Below, piece after piece: positions 1 through 9,088 of a stretch of DNA of 32,000 nucleotides (position 1 is its first letter; the number at the start of each line of letters is the position of its first letter). The notes under the pieces are model-generated. The model was not told the origin of the DNA and did no database searches. It was given only the letters and a program-made list of their open reading frames with translations. This DNA is from Candidatus Kuenenia stuttgartensis (lineage in GTDB: Bacteria; Planctomycetota; Brocadiia; Brocadiales; Brocadiaceae), in the NCBI RefSeq assembly GCF_900232105.1, contig NZ_LT934425.1, forward strand, positions 4,374,154-4,406,153, given 5' to 3'. Position numbers and translations under genes: made by a program.

Positions 1-1
1 C

Positions 2-493
2 CATATTAACCCTGCAGTAACAATATCTTTTTGGATCACGAAAAGAATGGAGCCTAACACTGCAATTATGTACATAATTTCTCAGATCGGCGGAGCTATT
101 TTAGGCGGGTTTGCATTGCGAACTATTTTTCCTGACGCATTAAGTAGTATTCATCTAGGGACGAGCACACTAGCCGCAGGCGTCTCCATTGAAAGAGGCA
201 TACTGATGGAATTTATTATATCGTTCCTCCTGATCTTTACCATCTATGGGACACTCGTAGATAAAAGGGCTTCTGGGGGTTTTGCCGGACTAGCGGTTGG
301 GTTGGTAGTATTGTTTGGCTCGCTGGTTGGCGGGACAATTAGTGGCGGGGCAATGAATCCTGTACGCGTTTTTGGCCCTGCGATTGCTTCTGGCCAATTT
401 ACTAATCATTACGTTTGGTGGATAGGCCCAATACTTGGCGGTATTGCGGCAGGCATTGTTTATGACAAGCTTTTCGCCGAACGTAAAAAATAA
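2..493 (+). CDS. MIP/aquaporin-family channel, 5' end cut by the window edge
   Basis: The frame stays open upstream of the ATG at 47, back to position 2 (HINPAVTISFWITKR, the first NPA box). The second box is GGAMNPVRVFGP. The protein has glycine-rich TM segments. Stop codon at 491-493. Confidence 0.85.
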   Translation, partial: HINPAVTISFWITKRMEPNTAIMYIISQIGGAILGGFALRTIFPDALSSIHLGTSTLAAGVSIERGILMEFIISFLLIFTIYGTLVDKRASGGFAGLAVGLVVLFGSLVGGTISGGAMNPVRVFGPAIASGQFTNHYVWWIGPILGGIAAGIVYDKLFAERKK

Positions 494-541
494 CGTGCAG
501 TTGACGAAAGAGGTTTAAATAAGAAATATATAAATAGGAAG

Positions 542-580
542 ACGGCAATAGGTAGCGCATTTACCTATTGCCGTTTTTTC
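542..580 (+). terminator. Rho-independent terminator after the aquaporin gene
   Basis: Perfect 13-bp stem (acggcaataggta / tacctattgccgt), 7-nt loop, then a T6 tract. Confidence 0.8.
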
Positions 581-596
581 ATTGAATTGAAGGGTT

Positions 597-1250
597 GTGC
601 ATTTGTTTGATATCGACATAGTTCTCTCCAAAATAAAGCATAAAAACAAAGAGTTTGCCGAGCCTGCCGTTACAACTATTTCCAGGAAACGAACTCCTTT
701 TCACGTATTGATATCCTGCCTTTTAAGTTTGCGGACAAAAGATCAAACCACCAGAGCAGCCTCAGAACGGCTCTTTGCGATTGCGGATAATCCCGAAGAT
801 ATGAAAAAGATCCCTTCGCAAAAACTGGAAAAACTAATCTATCCGGTAGGTTTCTACCGGAGAAAAGCGGTCACTATTCAGGAAATTTGTGAAACACTTA
901 CAAAAGATTACGAAGGTAAAGTCCCCGATGAAATAGATGAGCTGTTGAAACTAAACGGCGTTGGACGAAAAACAGCAAATTTGGTAGTTTCCCTGGGATA
1001 CAAAAAACCGGGGATTTGCGTTGACGTCCATGTGCATAGGATTACTAATCGTTGGGGCTACATAAAGACAAAAACTCCGGCAGAAACTGAATGTGCCCTC
1101 CGCAAAAAACTCCCCGCAAAATATTGGTTGTGTATCAATGATCTTCTCGTTACTTACGGTCAGAATATTTGTGTCCCAATTTCACCGAAATGCAGTCTTT
1201 GCCCGGTAAATAGTTATTGTAAAAAAGCAGGGGTAACACGGCACAGATGA
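597..1250 (+). CDS. nth: Endonuclease III (HhH-GPD DNA glycosylase with Fe-S cluster loop)
   Basis: GTG start. HhH motif LNGVGRKTANLV. C-terminal Cys cluster CVPISPKCSLCPVNSYC. Confidence 0.85.
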   Translation: MHLFDIDIVLSKIKHKNKEFAEPAVTTISRKRTPFHVLISCLLSLRTKDQTTRAASERLFAIADNPEDMKKIPSQKLEKLIYPVGFYRRKAVTIQEICETLTKDYEGKVPDEIDELLKLNGVGRKTANLVVSLGYKKPGICVDVHVHRITNRWGYIKTKTPAETECALRKKLPAKYWLCINDLLVTYGQNICVPISPKCSLCPVNSYCKKAGVTRHR

Positions 1251-1333
1251 ATGCGATTTCATAAATAATGCGAAAAAAGGCGATATACATAAATAAGCAT
1301 CTGCAATGACATTTTGATAGATTGGGAAACAAT

Positions 1334-2218
1334 ATGAGACCTCCTTGGATAAGGGCAAAATTCCCGTCAGGTAAAGGTTTCACGGAAATAAGGGAGATAC
1401 TGCAGGAATATCGGTTGCAGACCGTGTGCGATGCGGCTTTGTGCCCCAATATCGGCGAATGCTACAATCAAAAAACGGCAACGTTTCTAATACTGGGCGG
1501 TGTATGTACCAGAAAATGCGGGTATTGTGCCGTTACAAAAGGAACCGCTGCGACACTGGATGAAGAAGAACCATATCGGGTCGCTACGGCTGTCAGGAAA
1601 ATGGGATTAAAATATGTCGTTATCACATCAGTAACCAGGGATGATATCACAGACGGCGGTGCGGGCATCTTTGCACAAACGATTCAATGTGTTCGTGATT
1701 TTGTTAATGATTGCAAGGTGGAAGTATTGATTCCTGATTTTGGGGGTTCCGTTGATGCGTTATGGACGGTATTGGATGCAAGGCCTGATGTTTTAAATCA
1801 TAATATAGAAACTGTTCGCCGTTTGTATCCAATAGTAAGACCTGGGGCTGATTATGAAAGATCACTGCAATTATTGCGTATTGCAAGTGAAGAGAGGCTG
1901 CTTATGCCAACAAAATCAGGGATCATGCTGGGATTGGGAGAACAATGGGATGAGATAACAGAGGTTCTACACGATATTAAAAATACCGGTTGTGAAATAA
2001 TAACGTTGGGACAGTATCTTCGTCCAAATAAAAACGCCTTACCTGCTAAACGGTATTATACACCTATGGAGTTTGAAAGATTACAACGGGAAGGAGAAAA
2101 AATGGGTTTCCGTTGTGTTGAGTCCGGCCCCCTGGTAAGAAGCTCTTACCATGCAAAGGCACAATCAGAGAGTATTTTAGAAAAAAAACCAGAAATTATA
2201 CAAAAAACCCATAATTAA
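1334..2218 (+). CDS. lipA: Lipoyl synthase (radical SAM)
   Basis: RPPWIRAK N-terminus, CPNIGEC auxiliary cluster motif and CTRKCGYC radical-SAM CxxxCxxC motif. I prefer the ATG at 1334 over the TTG at 1322 used by the ORF track. Confidence 0.9.
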   Translation: MRPPWIRAKFPSGKGFTEIREILQEYRLQTVCDAALCPNIGECYNQKTATFLILGGVCTRKCGYCAVTKGTAATLDEEEPYRVATAVRKMGLKYVVITSVTRDDITDGGAGIFAQTIQCVRDFVNDCKVEVLIPDFGGSVDALWTVLDARPDVLNHNIETVRRLYPIVRPGADYERSLQLLRIASEERLLMPTKSGIMLGLGEQWDEITEVLHDIKNTGCEIITLGQYLRPNKNALPAKRYYTPMEFERLQREGEKMGFRCVESGPLVRSSYHAKAQSESILEKKPEIIQKTHN

Positions 2219-2327
2219 CTCCGAAGGGGTGATATAATTTTATCTTTCATGAAACACCGGACAGTGGCGATTATGTCATCCCTTCGGGATTAGGCGTGGT
2301 TTTACCGTGTTTTTCTATAATCATATT

Positions 2328-2351
2328 ACCCCTTCGGGGTTCTCCTTTTTT
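2328..2351 (+). terminator. Rho-independent terminator downstream of lipA
   Basis: Hairpin acccc-ttcg-ggggt followed by tctcctttttt. It forms the right end of the inverted-repeat structure at 2217..2341. Confidence 0.55.
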
Positions 2352-2426
2352 CCCGGAATTTTTCAAAAAGCTAAAGTGTTACCTTTTTTTGTAACCGTTT
2401 AGCTTTTTGAAAAAACACCATGAAAA

Positions 2427-3263
2427 ATGAATAAACAAGCAATTCCTTTATTTAAAGCGCTTACGATAGCCGGCTCCGATAGTATTGGCGGAGCGGGTAT
2501 ACAGGCGGACATGAAAACCATCGCGGCATTGGGAGGATATGCGGCCACTGCAATCACCGCGTTAACGGCACAAAACACGCTGGGAGTACATGCCGTCTAT
2601 GAAATTCCTGCTTCCTTTGTTGCGCGGCAAATTGACGCAGTAGTATCCGATACTGGCGCCGACATCGTCAAAACAGGAATGTTGTACAGCAAGGATATCA
2701 TTGAAACGGTTGCCTCCAGGCTCAAACATTATGCGCTTTCACCTGTTGTCGTCGATCCCGTCATGCTGTCAAAAAATGGAGCGGCACTATTGGCCGAAGA
2801 TGCCATTCCGGCCTTGATCTCTCAATTGTTTCCCTTGGCTTTCATCGTTACGCCAAATATTCCGGAAGCCGCACATATTTCGGGCATAAAAATTCAAAAT
2901 ATCACAGATGCAGAAAAGGCTGCAAAATACATACACAAACTCGGCCCCGCAAACGTACTAATAAAAGGCGGCCATGCTCTGCATTCAAGTGATATAAAGA
3001 GCAGCAATACGGTAATTGATATTTTGTACACTGGAAAATCCTTTGCATATATTGAAGGCGAGTATCTCCCCGCAAAACATGTCCATGGTACCGGATGCGT
3101 CTATGCCTCCGCAATCGCAGCGTATCTTGCGAAAGGATGCGGCATCGCGGAAGCTGTTCGGCAGGCAAAAAAATTTGTCGTTCTGTGTATTAAAAAATCA
3201 TTCTCTCCGGGCAGGGGATATGATGTTATGGAGCCGTTTAGTACCTTAGCGCCTTATCAGTAA
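2427..3263 (+). CDS. thiD: Hydroxymethylpyrimidine/phosphomethylpyrimidine kinase
   Basis: N-terminus LTIAGSDSIGGAGIQADMKT. GTGC motif near the C-terminus (HVHGTGCVYASAIAA). Confidence 0.9.
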   Translation: MNKQAIPLFKALTIAGSDSIGGAGIQADMKTIAALGGYAATAITALTAQNTLGVHAVYEIPASFVARQIDAVVSDTGADIVKTGMLYSKDIIETVASRLKHYALSPVVVDPVMLSKNGAALLAEDAIPALISQLFPLAFIVTPNIPEAAHISGIKIQNITDAEKAAKYIHKLGPANVLIKGGHALHSSDIKSSNTVIDILYTGKSFAYIEGEYLPAKHVHGTGCVYASAIAAYLAKGCGIAEAVRQAKKFVVLCIKKSFSPGRGYDVMEPFSTLAPYQ

Positions 3264-3324
3264 CTTCTTTGCACACTTCCATTCGTCAGTGCGTGTTTTT
3301 TGGCAAAATATTTAATGGTGAAAT
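3237..3324. repeat. Dispersed repeat, copy 1 (pairs with 27263..27342)
   Basis: Near-identical to 27263..27342 apart from an 8-bp insertion (gcgcctta). Contains the hairpin gcacact...agtgcgtg followed by a T-run. Overlaps the last codons and the stop of thiD. Confidence 0.8.
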
Positions 3325-3711
3325 CCGGAATGCTAAATACTAAATCCGAAACAAATTCTAATGACAAAATAATTTGAACTTCTGAACAAATGCATCTTTC
3401 ATATCTCGCATTTCATGCTTAATATTGTTGCCTGCCTCTGCGTTGTCGCATGCAGACAGGTATGTTTTGGATTTGTTTCGAATTTTATGTTTTGTCATTA
3501 CAATTTGTTTCATATTTTGTACTTCGAGTTTAGTATTTTTTATACCTTACTTGTTTGGTTCTGGCTATGCCAGTTTAGGGCATTACAATTCCCTTGAATT
3601 AGCTTGTTTAGGCTGTTATACTTTTTAAAAGTGGCAAGCCTCTCCTGATTTACATCGCGATAAATATCTCTTTTAAATTCGTTGTTTGTAGGTAATTGAG
3701 GAAGCGATAGT

Positions 3712-4347
3712 ATGCAACAAGCCGTTAGCCTGGAATCAAGCGTGCTCGTATTAAACAAGTTTTTCATGGCGCTCCATGTAATCTCTGCGAAACGGGCATT
3801 CACATTGCTATGTAAGCACATTGCTGAGGTTGTTTCCGTGGATGAGGGAAAATATAATTCCTATAATTTTGAAAGCTGGAGGGATGTTTCTTCGTACAAG
3901 GTCTCGCTCGGTTTAACAGACGACGACACTACGAGTTGGGTAAAAACTGTTTCCTTTTCCATTGAGGTGCCAAAGATTATCCGGCTCTTAACATACGACA
4001 AATTTCCTCAATCTTCTTTGAAATTTAACAGAAGGAATATTTTTGCCAGAGATGAAAATAAATGTCAATACTGCAGCAAACGTTTTCCGGTTTCAGAATT
4101 AAGTTTTGATCATGTTATACCAAGGGCGCATGACGGAAAAACCACGTGGGAAAACGTGGTATGTGCATGTACTGAATGCAACAAAAGAAAAGGCGGCAGG
4201 ACTCCTGAACAGGCGGGAATGAAGTTGACCAGAATACCCGTAAAACCAAAACACAGCCCTGTATTGAGATTGAAACTCCGGTTTGAAAAATATGAATCGT
4301 GGAAACAATTTTTGGACGAAGCGTATTGGTCGGTTCCATTAAAATAG
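3712..4347 (+). CDS. HNH endonuclease (McrA-like, about 210-aa family)
   Basis: CQYCSKRF...DHVIPRAHDGKTTWENVVCACTECNKRKG is an HNH/zinc-finger core. Confidence 0.85.
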   Translation: MQQAVSLESSVLVLNKFFMALHVISAKRAFTLLCKHIAEVVSVDEGKYNSYNFESWRDVSSYKVSLGLTDDDTTSWVKTVSFSIEVPKIIRLLTYDKFPQSSLKFNRRNIFARDENKCQYCSKRFPVSELSFDHVIPRAHDGKTTWENVVCACTECNKRKGGRTPEQAGMKLTRIPVKPKHSPVLRLKLRFEKYESWKQFLDEAYWSVPLK

Positions 4348-4410
4348 TCCCCCCCCTACCAAAGCCTTCATACAATAAACTATCGACACAGTAATTAATC
4401 CAGCTTTGCC

Positions 4411-5502
4411 TTGTCCACATCTTCAATAAAAAAATATTATTTGTGTTTGATAAGGAAAGAGCTTTCCGGCATACTGCCTGAGATTCTCCGGCAAATGCTC
4501 TATCTGTTATCGAAAATATACGGGTTTTCCATAAAAACTCGTATTTTTTTTTACAGAAAAGGCATTTTGAAAACATACCGGCTGCCCGTGCCAGTAATCA
4601 GCGTCGGAAATATTACTACAGGCGGAACGGGGAAAACCCCTGTTGTTGAATACCTGGCAAAATATGCTGGGAAAAAAGGCAAAAGGGTTATTATCATAAG
4701 CCGCGGATACGCGCCAATGATGCAACAGGGAAAAGATGCTGCAAGCAATGAAATGTGCAATGATGAACACCTCTTATTTAAAGAGAATATCCCCGGCATA
4801 ATGAATATATTGGGAAAAGACCGGGTAAAAAGCGGCTGGGAAGCCATAAATCGCCGTCAGGCAGAGTGCTTGTTGCTGGATGATGGTTTTCAGCACCTAC
4901 GGCTTTTACGGGATATGGACATTGTTCTTATTGATACACTGGAGCCTTTTGGATACGAATACACTTTGCCCCGTGGATTATTAAGAGAACCATTGGAAGG
5001 ATTAAGAAGGTCAGATCTGTTTCTATTGACTCATACAGACCAAATTAGCCCTGAAAAAAAACAGACGGTAATCAACCGGCTCCGTGAAATTGCAAGAGAT
5101 GTTCCCGTAATAGAATCAATCCACAAACCAGTGCGTCTGGTTTTAGCAGCCGATGAAAAATCGTTTGGTACTGAATGGTTGGCCGGAAAGAAGGTTTTTG
5201 CTTTCTGCGCAATCGGAAATCCGTTATCGTTCAGGAAAAGCCTTGAGAGTTTAGGAGCGATACTGGTTGGTTTCCATGAATTTCCAGACCATCACGCATA
5301 TACTCCTTCGGATCTGCATATTTTAAACGGCGAAGCCAGATGCGCCTCTCCCGATGCAGTCGTCATTACGCAAAAAGACCGTGTAAAACTAGGAAAAGAC
5401 CTTGCCCGCTGGACGTTACCGGTATTAACGCTGAAGATGGAGATTTGTATTACAAAAGGAAGTGAAATTTTGCATAAAAAGTTAGATGAGAAATTAAATT
5501 GA
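4411..5502 (+). CDS. lpxK: Tetraacyldisaccharide 4'-kinase (lipid A biosynthesis)
   Basis: P-loop VISVGNITTGGTGKTP. The start is uncertain: TTG at 4411 or TTG at 4441. Confidence 0.85.
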   Translation: MSTSSIKKYYLCLIRKELSGILPEILRQMLYLLSKIYGFSIKTRIFFYRKGILKTYRLPVPVISVGNITTGGTGKTPVVEYLAKYAGKKGKRVIIISRGYAPMMQQGKDAASNEMCNDEHLLFKENIPGIMNILGKDRVKSGWEAINRRQAECLLLDDGFQHLRLLRDMDIVLIDTLEPFGYEYTLPRGLLREPLEGLRRSDLFLLTHTDQISPEKKQTVINRLREIARDVPVIESIHKPVRLVLAADEKSFGTEWLAGKKVFAFCAIGNPLSFRKSLESLGAILVGFHEFPDHHAYTPSDLHILNGEARCASPDAVVITQKDRVKLGKDLARWTLPVLTLKMEICITKGSEILHKKLDEKLN

Positions 5503-5516
5503 AAGGAAAAGAATAA

Positions 5517-5687
<171 letters not shown>

Positions 5688-5858
5688 TCCAGGGGAACTT
5701 AAGGGAACCACAGATTTCACAGACTTCGTCGTGATCTCAGTCGAACGATTGCACAGATTAAAAACAGGGTGGCACGGACAAACAAGTTTGTCCGTACCAC
5801 CCTGTACCTAAGTGTTACAATATTTCTTGTTTTGTCTCATTAATGCCAGGAACAATAG

Positions 5859-6830
5859 ATGGAAAATCAGCATCATTGCGAAATCAGGAAATATACTCCT
5901 TTAGATCTTGGAAAGATTAGTACCTATTCAATAACAGAACGACAGAATCTTTCCAATATTCATCTTTTTGCCAAACCAACAGAACCCACTGACGGAATAA
6001 AGGCCTTTTTCGAATCTTTGCCAGAAATACTGGCTTCGGCAAATCTGCGCAAGGTTATTGATGCAATAGTCCTGGCGCGACAGAATAAGCGTCCGGTGGT
6101 AATGTCATTTGGGGCGCACGTAATCAAATGCGGTTTGTCACCGCTCATTATTGATTTGATGAAACGGAATATTATAACCGCCCTTGCAATGAATGGGGCT
6201 GCCGCTATTCACGATTACGAAATATCACTGATCGGCGCAACCTCGGAAGATGTGGCAGAAAGTCTGAGGGATGGAAGCTTTGGAATGACAAAAGAAACTC
6301 CTGAAGCATTTCAAATAGCCTCTTCAAGGGGAGCAACTGAGGGCATCGGATTGGGAAGGGCAATGGGAGAAAAGATTATTGCGGATAACAAAGCCTATAC
6401 CGATCTGAGTTTATTGGCCTGGAGTGCGAAACTGGATATCCCGTCCACCGTACATGTTGCGTTCGGCACAGACACTATTTACATGCATCCTAACATTTCA
6501 GGCAAAGACATGGGCGAATCCAGTCATATTGATTTCAGGATACTTGCTTCAATAGTATCCGATTTGGAGGGTGGCGTCTGGCTCAACGTTGGGTCTGCTG
6601 TCATCATGCCGGAGGTGTTTCTTAAAGCGCTTACCATAGCAAGAAACGTGGGGAACAAAGTGGAAAATTTTGTAACGGTAAACATGGACATGATCCAGCA
6701 CTACCGGCCGCAAACCAATGTATTAAAAAGGCCTACCCGTACCGGATACGCACTCACCGGACACCACGAAATCATGTTCCCCCTGCTCAGAATGGGCATT
6801 CTTTCAAGACTTGGCTCTGAAAATGAGTAA
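5859..6830 (+). CDS. Conserved protein, deoxyhypusine-synthase-like fold (function uncertain)
   Basis: Long clean ORF. The segment GAHVIKCGLSPLIIDLMKRNIITALAMNGAAAIHDYEISLIGATSEDV resembles DHS-like family proteins as I recall them. The family assignment is not verified. Confidence 0.6.
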   Translation: MENQHHCEIRKYTPLDLGKISTYSITERQNLSNIHLFAKPTEPTDGIKAFFESLPEILASANLRKVIDAIVLARQNKRPVVMSFGAHVIKCGLSPLIIDLMKRNIITALAMNGAAAIHDYEISLIGATSEDVAESLRDGSFGMTKETPEAFQIASSRGATEGIGLGRAMGEKIIADNKAYTDLSLLAWSAKLDIPSTVHVAFGTDTIYMHPNISGKDMGESSHIDFRILASIVSDLEGGVWLNVGSAVIMPEVFLKALTIARNVGNKVENFVTVNMDMIQHYRPQTNVLKRPTRTGYALTGHHEIMFPLLRMGILSRLGSENE

Positions 6831-7467
6831 AAAAAATACCCTATTGAAAATATACCGCAAAATGTACGATTCTCTGGGACCTCAACAATGGTGGCCTGGA
6901 GAAACACCGTTTGAAATTATCATTGGCGCTATATTGACCCAGAATACCAATTGGTCAAATGTTGAAAAGGCTATCAATAATATAAAAAAAGTAAACAAAC
7001 TTACCCCAAAGGGAATACATTCGCTAAGTTTGCCGGAACTGGCGGAACTGGTCAGGCCTTCAGGGTTTTTTAATGTCAAGGCAAAGCGTGTTAAAACATT
7101 TGTCAACTGGCTGTTTTCAAAATATGAGGGCAATCTCACCGCCATGTTTCATCAGGACTGCCGGACGCTTCGTGAAGAATTGCTTAGCATAAACGGCATT
7201 GGACCGGAAACGGCGGATTCGATTCTGCTTTACGCAGGCAATATGCCTACTTTTGTCATAGACGCCTATACGCACAGGATATTTTCGCGGCACGGCCTTG
7301 TTCCTGAAGAAAGCGCTTACGATGAAATGAAATCTTTTTTTGAAGACAACCTCCCCGAAGACACTAAATTATTCAATGAATACCATGCCCTGATCGTGAA
7401 CATCGGAAAGTTGTTTTGCAAACCCAAAAGGGTGTGTGAACAGTGCCCTCTGCTTGAGTTTTTGTAA
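6823..7467 (+). CDS. Endonuclease III-related HhH-GPD protein (second paralogue in the window)
   Basis: HhH motif INGIGPETADSILLYA. C-terminal CKPKRVCEQCPL. The ATG at 6823 overlaps the upstream stop (atgagtaa). Confidence 0.8.
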   Translation: MSKKNTLLKIYRKMYDSLGPQQWWPGETPFEIIIGAILTQNTNWSNVEKAINNIKKVNKLTPKGIHSLSLPELAELVRPSGFFNVKAKRVKTFVNWLFSKYEGNLTAMFHQDCRTLREELLSINGIGPETADSILLYAGNMPTFVIDAYTHRIFSRHGLVPEESAYDEMKSFFEDNLPEDTKLFNEYHALIVNIGKLFCKPKRVCEQCPLLEFL

Positions 7468-7533
7468 CTATTCGGAGTAAACACTACGGTCTAACATGAT
7501 AGCATCAGGCGCTTATCACATCACATCCTTTGT

Positions 7534-7593
7534 TGCCCAATGGCGCCCATCAGCCGCAACGCTTTTTGGCGTCGGCTGGATGGGATTGTTAGT
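7534..7593 (-). other. attC-like recombination site A (60 bp)
   Basis: On the minus strand: GACTAAC, a bulged stem (cccatccagccgacgc / gcgttgcggctgatggg), then ATTGGGC. It begins 10 nt after the stop of the DUF2283 gene. Confidence 0.55.
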
Positions 7594-7603
7594 CAATAAT
7601 TCC

Positions 7604-7873
7604 TCACGCCGCGTGTAGCGGCGCCAACTCTTTATTGCTGATTCTCGACAACCCAAGCTTTACCAATACACAGTTAATATCATCAGCAGTTACATTGGAT
7701 GGCGCCGTGATCTCAATACCTATAGGATTACCGCTTTCACCAAAATCAATAATTAGTCCCTGACCCGCCTTAGCAGTTTTACGGCTTTTCTCCCCTTGCT
7801 GACGTGGTAAATACAGATATGCAGCAAGTGGCTGACCGTGACGAAATGTTACTTCAAGATATGGCTCTTTCAT
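7604..7873 (-). CDS. DUF2283-family protein (putative antitoxin)
   Basis: 89 aa. The segment GLIIDFGESGNPIGIEI is typical of DUF2283. Separated by 1 nt from the upstream DUF4258 gene. Confidence 0.7.
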   Translation of the reverse strand: MKEPYLEVTFRHGQPLAAYLYLPRQQGEKSRKTAKAGQGLIIDFGESGNPIGIEITAPSNVTADDINCVLVKLGLSRISNKELAPLHAA

Positions 7874-7874
7874 T

Positions 7875-8147
7875 TCATTCCTCCCAAACTGGATATGCAG
7901 TAATGACTACGAGTAAATTCGAAGTACTATCTGGTTCAACAATAACTTCCCAGGGATGTTGCAAGTGATGTGTCGTAATAATCCAACGTCCTTCTATTAT
8001 GTCCTGGTGATACGATTTCGCATGATGTAACATCTTTCTCAGATCAATCTCATTAAATTGACGATCAATCATACGTTTTAGCACATGTGGGCATAGCTCC
8101 AATTCCCAATCCCACCAATTTGGCCATTGATTTTTCTTCAAATTCAA
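7875..8147 (-). CDS. DUF4258-family protein (putative toxin)
   Basis: 90 aa with a TTG start. HVLKRMIDRQFNEIDL is a DUF4258-like motif. The two genes form an operon. Confidence 0.65.
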   Translation of the reverse strand: MNLKKNQWPNWWDWELELCPHVLKRMIDRQFNEIDLRKMLHHAKSYHQDIIEGRWIITTHHLQHPWEVIVEPDSTSNLLVVITAYPVWEE

Positions 8148-8190
8148 TCGTTCTTTAAAAATTTTGCAATTCTTTGAGTTTTCTCTCTTA

Positions 8191-8311
8191 GGCTAACGAC
8201 CCAGCTCACTTGCCCGCCGGTCACGACCGATAACATGGCCGAAGTTAATAAAGGTGACTTTGTTCAGAGACCCGCCGATGTTCGCGGGTCAAGTGCAGCC
8301 GCTGGTTAGCG
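8191..8311 (-). other. attC-like recombination site B (121 bp)
   Basis: On the minus strand: CGCTAAC, cagcggctgcacttgacccgc ... gcgggcaagtgagctgggtc, then GTTAGCC. The arms pair imperfectly and have extra bases. Confidence 0.6.
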
Positions 8312-8329
8312 ATTTTTATATGATTCTGT

Positions 8330-9019
8330 TCAGTCGTTTCCCATTTGCTTTTCTATGGAAGATAATGTTTTTTTGCTCTCTTCCATATCCGGATTGATTT
8401 CAATAGCTTTTTTCAGGTAATCAATTGCTTTACCTATATTTTGTTGGCGTAAAGCTGCAATACCTAAATTATGGAAGGCCCAAGCCTTATCTCTATTTGT
8501 CAGTTCAAGTTGAATAGATTTTAAAAGAAAACTTTCCCCTTCGGGCATATTCCCACGTTGAATATCAATTGTTCCCATTAGGAAATATGCCAAGCCGAAG
8601 TCAGGGATTTTTTTCATGAGACCCTCTGCTATTGCATAAGCTTCATCATATTTACCATCGTTAAAAAGGTTTCTCACGTTGCCAGCCGCCTCACTATATT
8701 CTGATAAATAAGAAACACCTTTACTTGCCGCAATCCTACCATCCGGAAGCAGTTTCGGTGAAGTAAGGCTAAGTTTGCCGACCTCAGCCTTTAACTCTTC
8801 AATTTTTTGATCTTTTTCTGTTACAGTCTTTTGATATTGATCAATTTTAACAAGAAGATCGTCATTGCTTTTAACAAGACCGTCGATCCTGGCATTCTTT
8901 TTCCCAATACTTTCCTGCAGTTGGGCCACATCAGCCTTAATACTAATATTTTGACCGACATAAGTAAGGATCGTGCCAACAGCTATAAATATGATCCCTA
9001 TTATTGTTATCAAATGCAT
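8330..9019 (-). CDS. Membrane-anchored coiled-coil/TPR protein (cassette cargo)
   Basis: N-terminal TM helix MHLITIIGIIFIAVGTILTYVG. Heptad-like stretch (DQYQKTVTEKDQKIEELKAEVGKL). TPR-like C-terminus (AWAFHNLGIAALRQQNIGKAIDYLKKAIEINP). Confidence 0.7.
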   Translation of the reverse strand: MHLITIIGIIFIAVGTILTYVGQNISIKADVAQLQESIGKKNARIDGLVKSNDDLLVKIDQYQKTVTEKDQKIEELKAEVGKLSLTSPKLLPDGRIAASKGVSYLSEYSEAAGNVRNLFNDGKYDEAYAIAEGLMKKIPDFGLAYFLMGTIDIQRGNMPEGESFLLKSIQLELTNRDKAWAFHNLGIAALRQQNIGKAIDYLKKAIEINPDMEESKKTLSSIEKQMGND

Positions 9020-9029
9020 GGATTTACCT

Positions 9030-9087
9030 CGCTAGCGTTTAAATCAGAGGCGCGGCTTTTTGCGTCCCCTGCATTTTTTTGTTGGGC
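9030..9087 (-). other. attC-like recombination site C (58 bp)
   Basis: On the minus strand: GCCCAAC (a perfect RYYYAAC), bulged stem atgcaggggacgc / gccgcgcctctgat, then TTTAAAC-GCTAGCG. It shares the core GACGC-AAAAA-GC...CTGAT with site A. Confidence 0.55.
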
Positions 9088-9088
9088 G

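Noticed and set aside
1150-1449. ORF-track entries antisense to or overlapping real genes. Examples: 1150..1449, 1468..1668, 2902..3168, 4115..4576, 5292..5720, 14953..15306, 17355..17957, 18130..18507, 19474..19842, 20025..20432, 21890..22210 and 30985..31353.
   Set aside because: Each lies on the opposite strand or in another frame of a gene with clear family motifs. They have no RBS and low-complexity or odd composition, so they are shadow ORFs.
2219-2426. Possible TPP (THI-box) riboswitch upstream of thiD.
   Set aside because: The conserved CUGAGA and pyrimidine-sensor helix sequences are absent. The structures present are simple inverted repeats.
3415-3628. Two overlapping plus-strand ORFs (60 and 67 aa) and a 51-aa minus-strand ORF (MKQIVMTKHKIRNK...) in the thiD-HNH spacer.
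   Set aside because: They are hydrophobic or low-complexity translations of AT-rich spacer, with no RBS and no recognisable family. I could not support any of them as genes.
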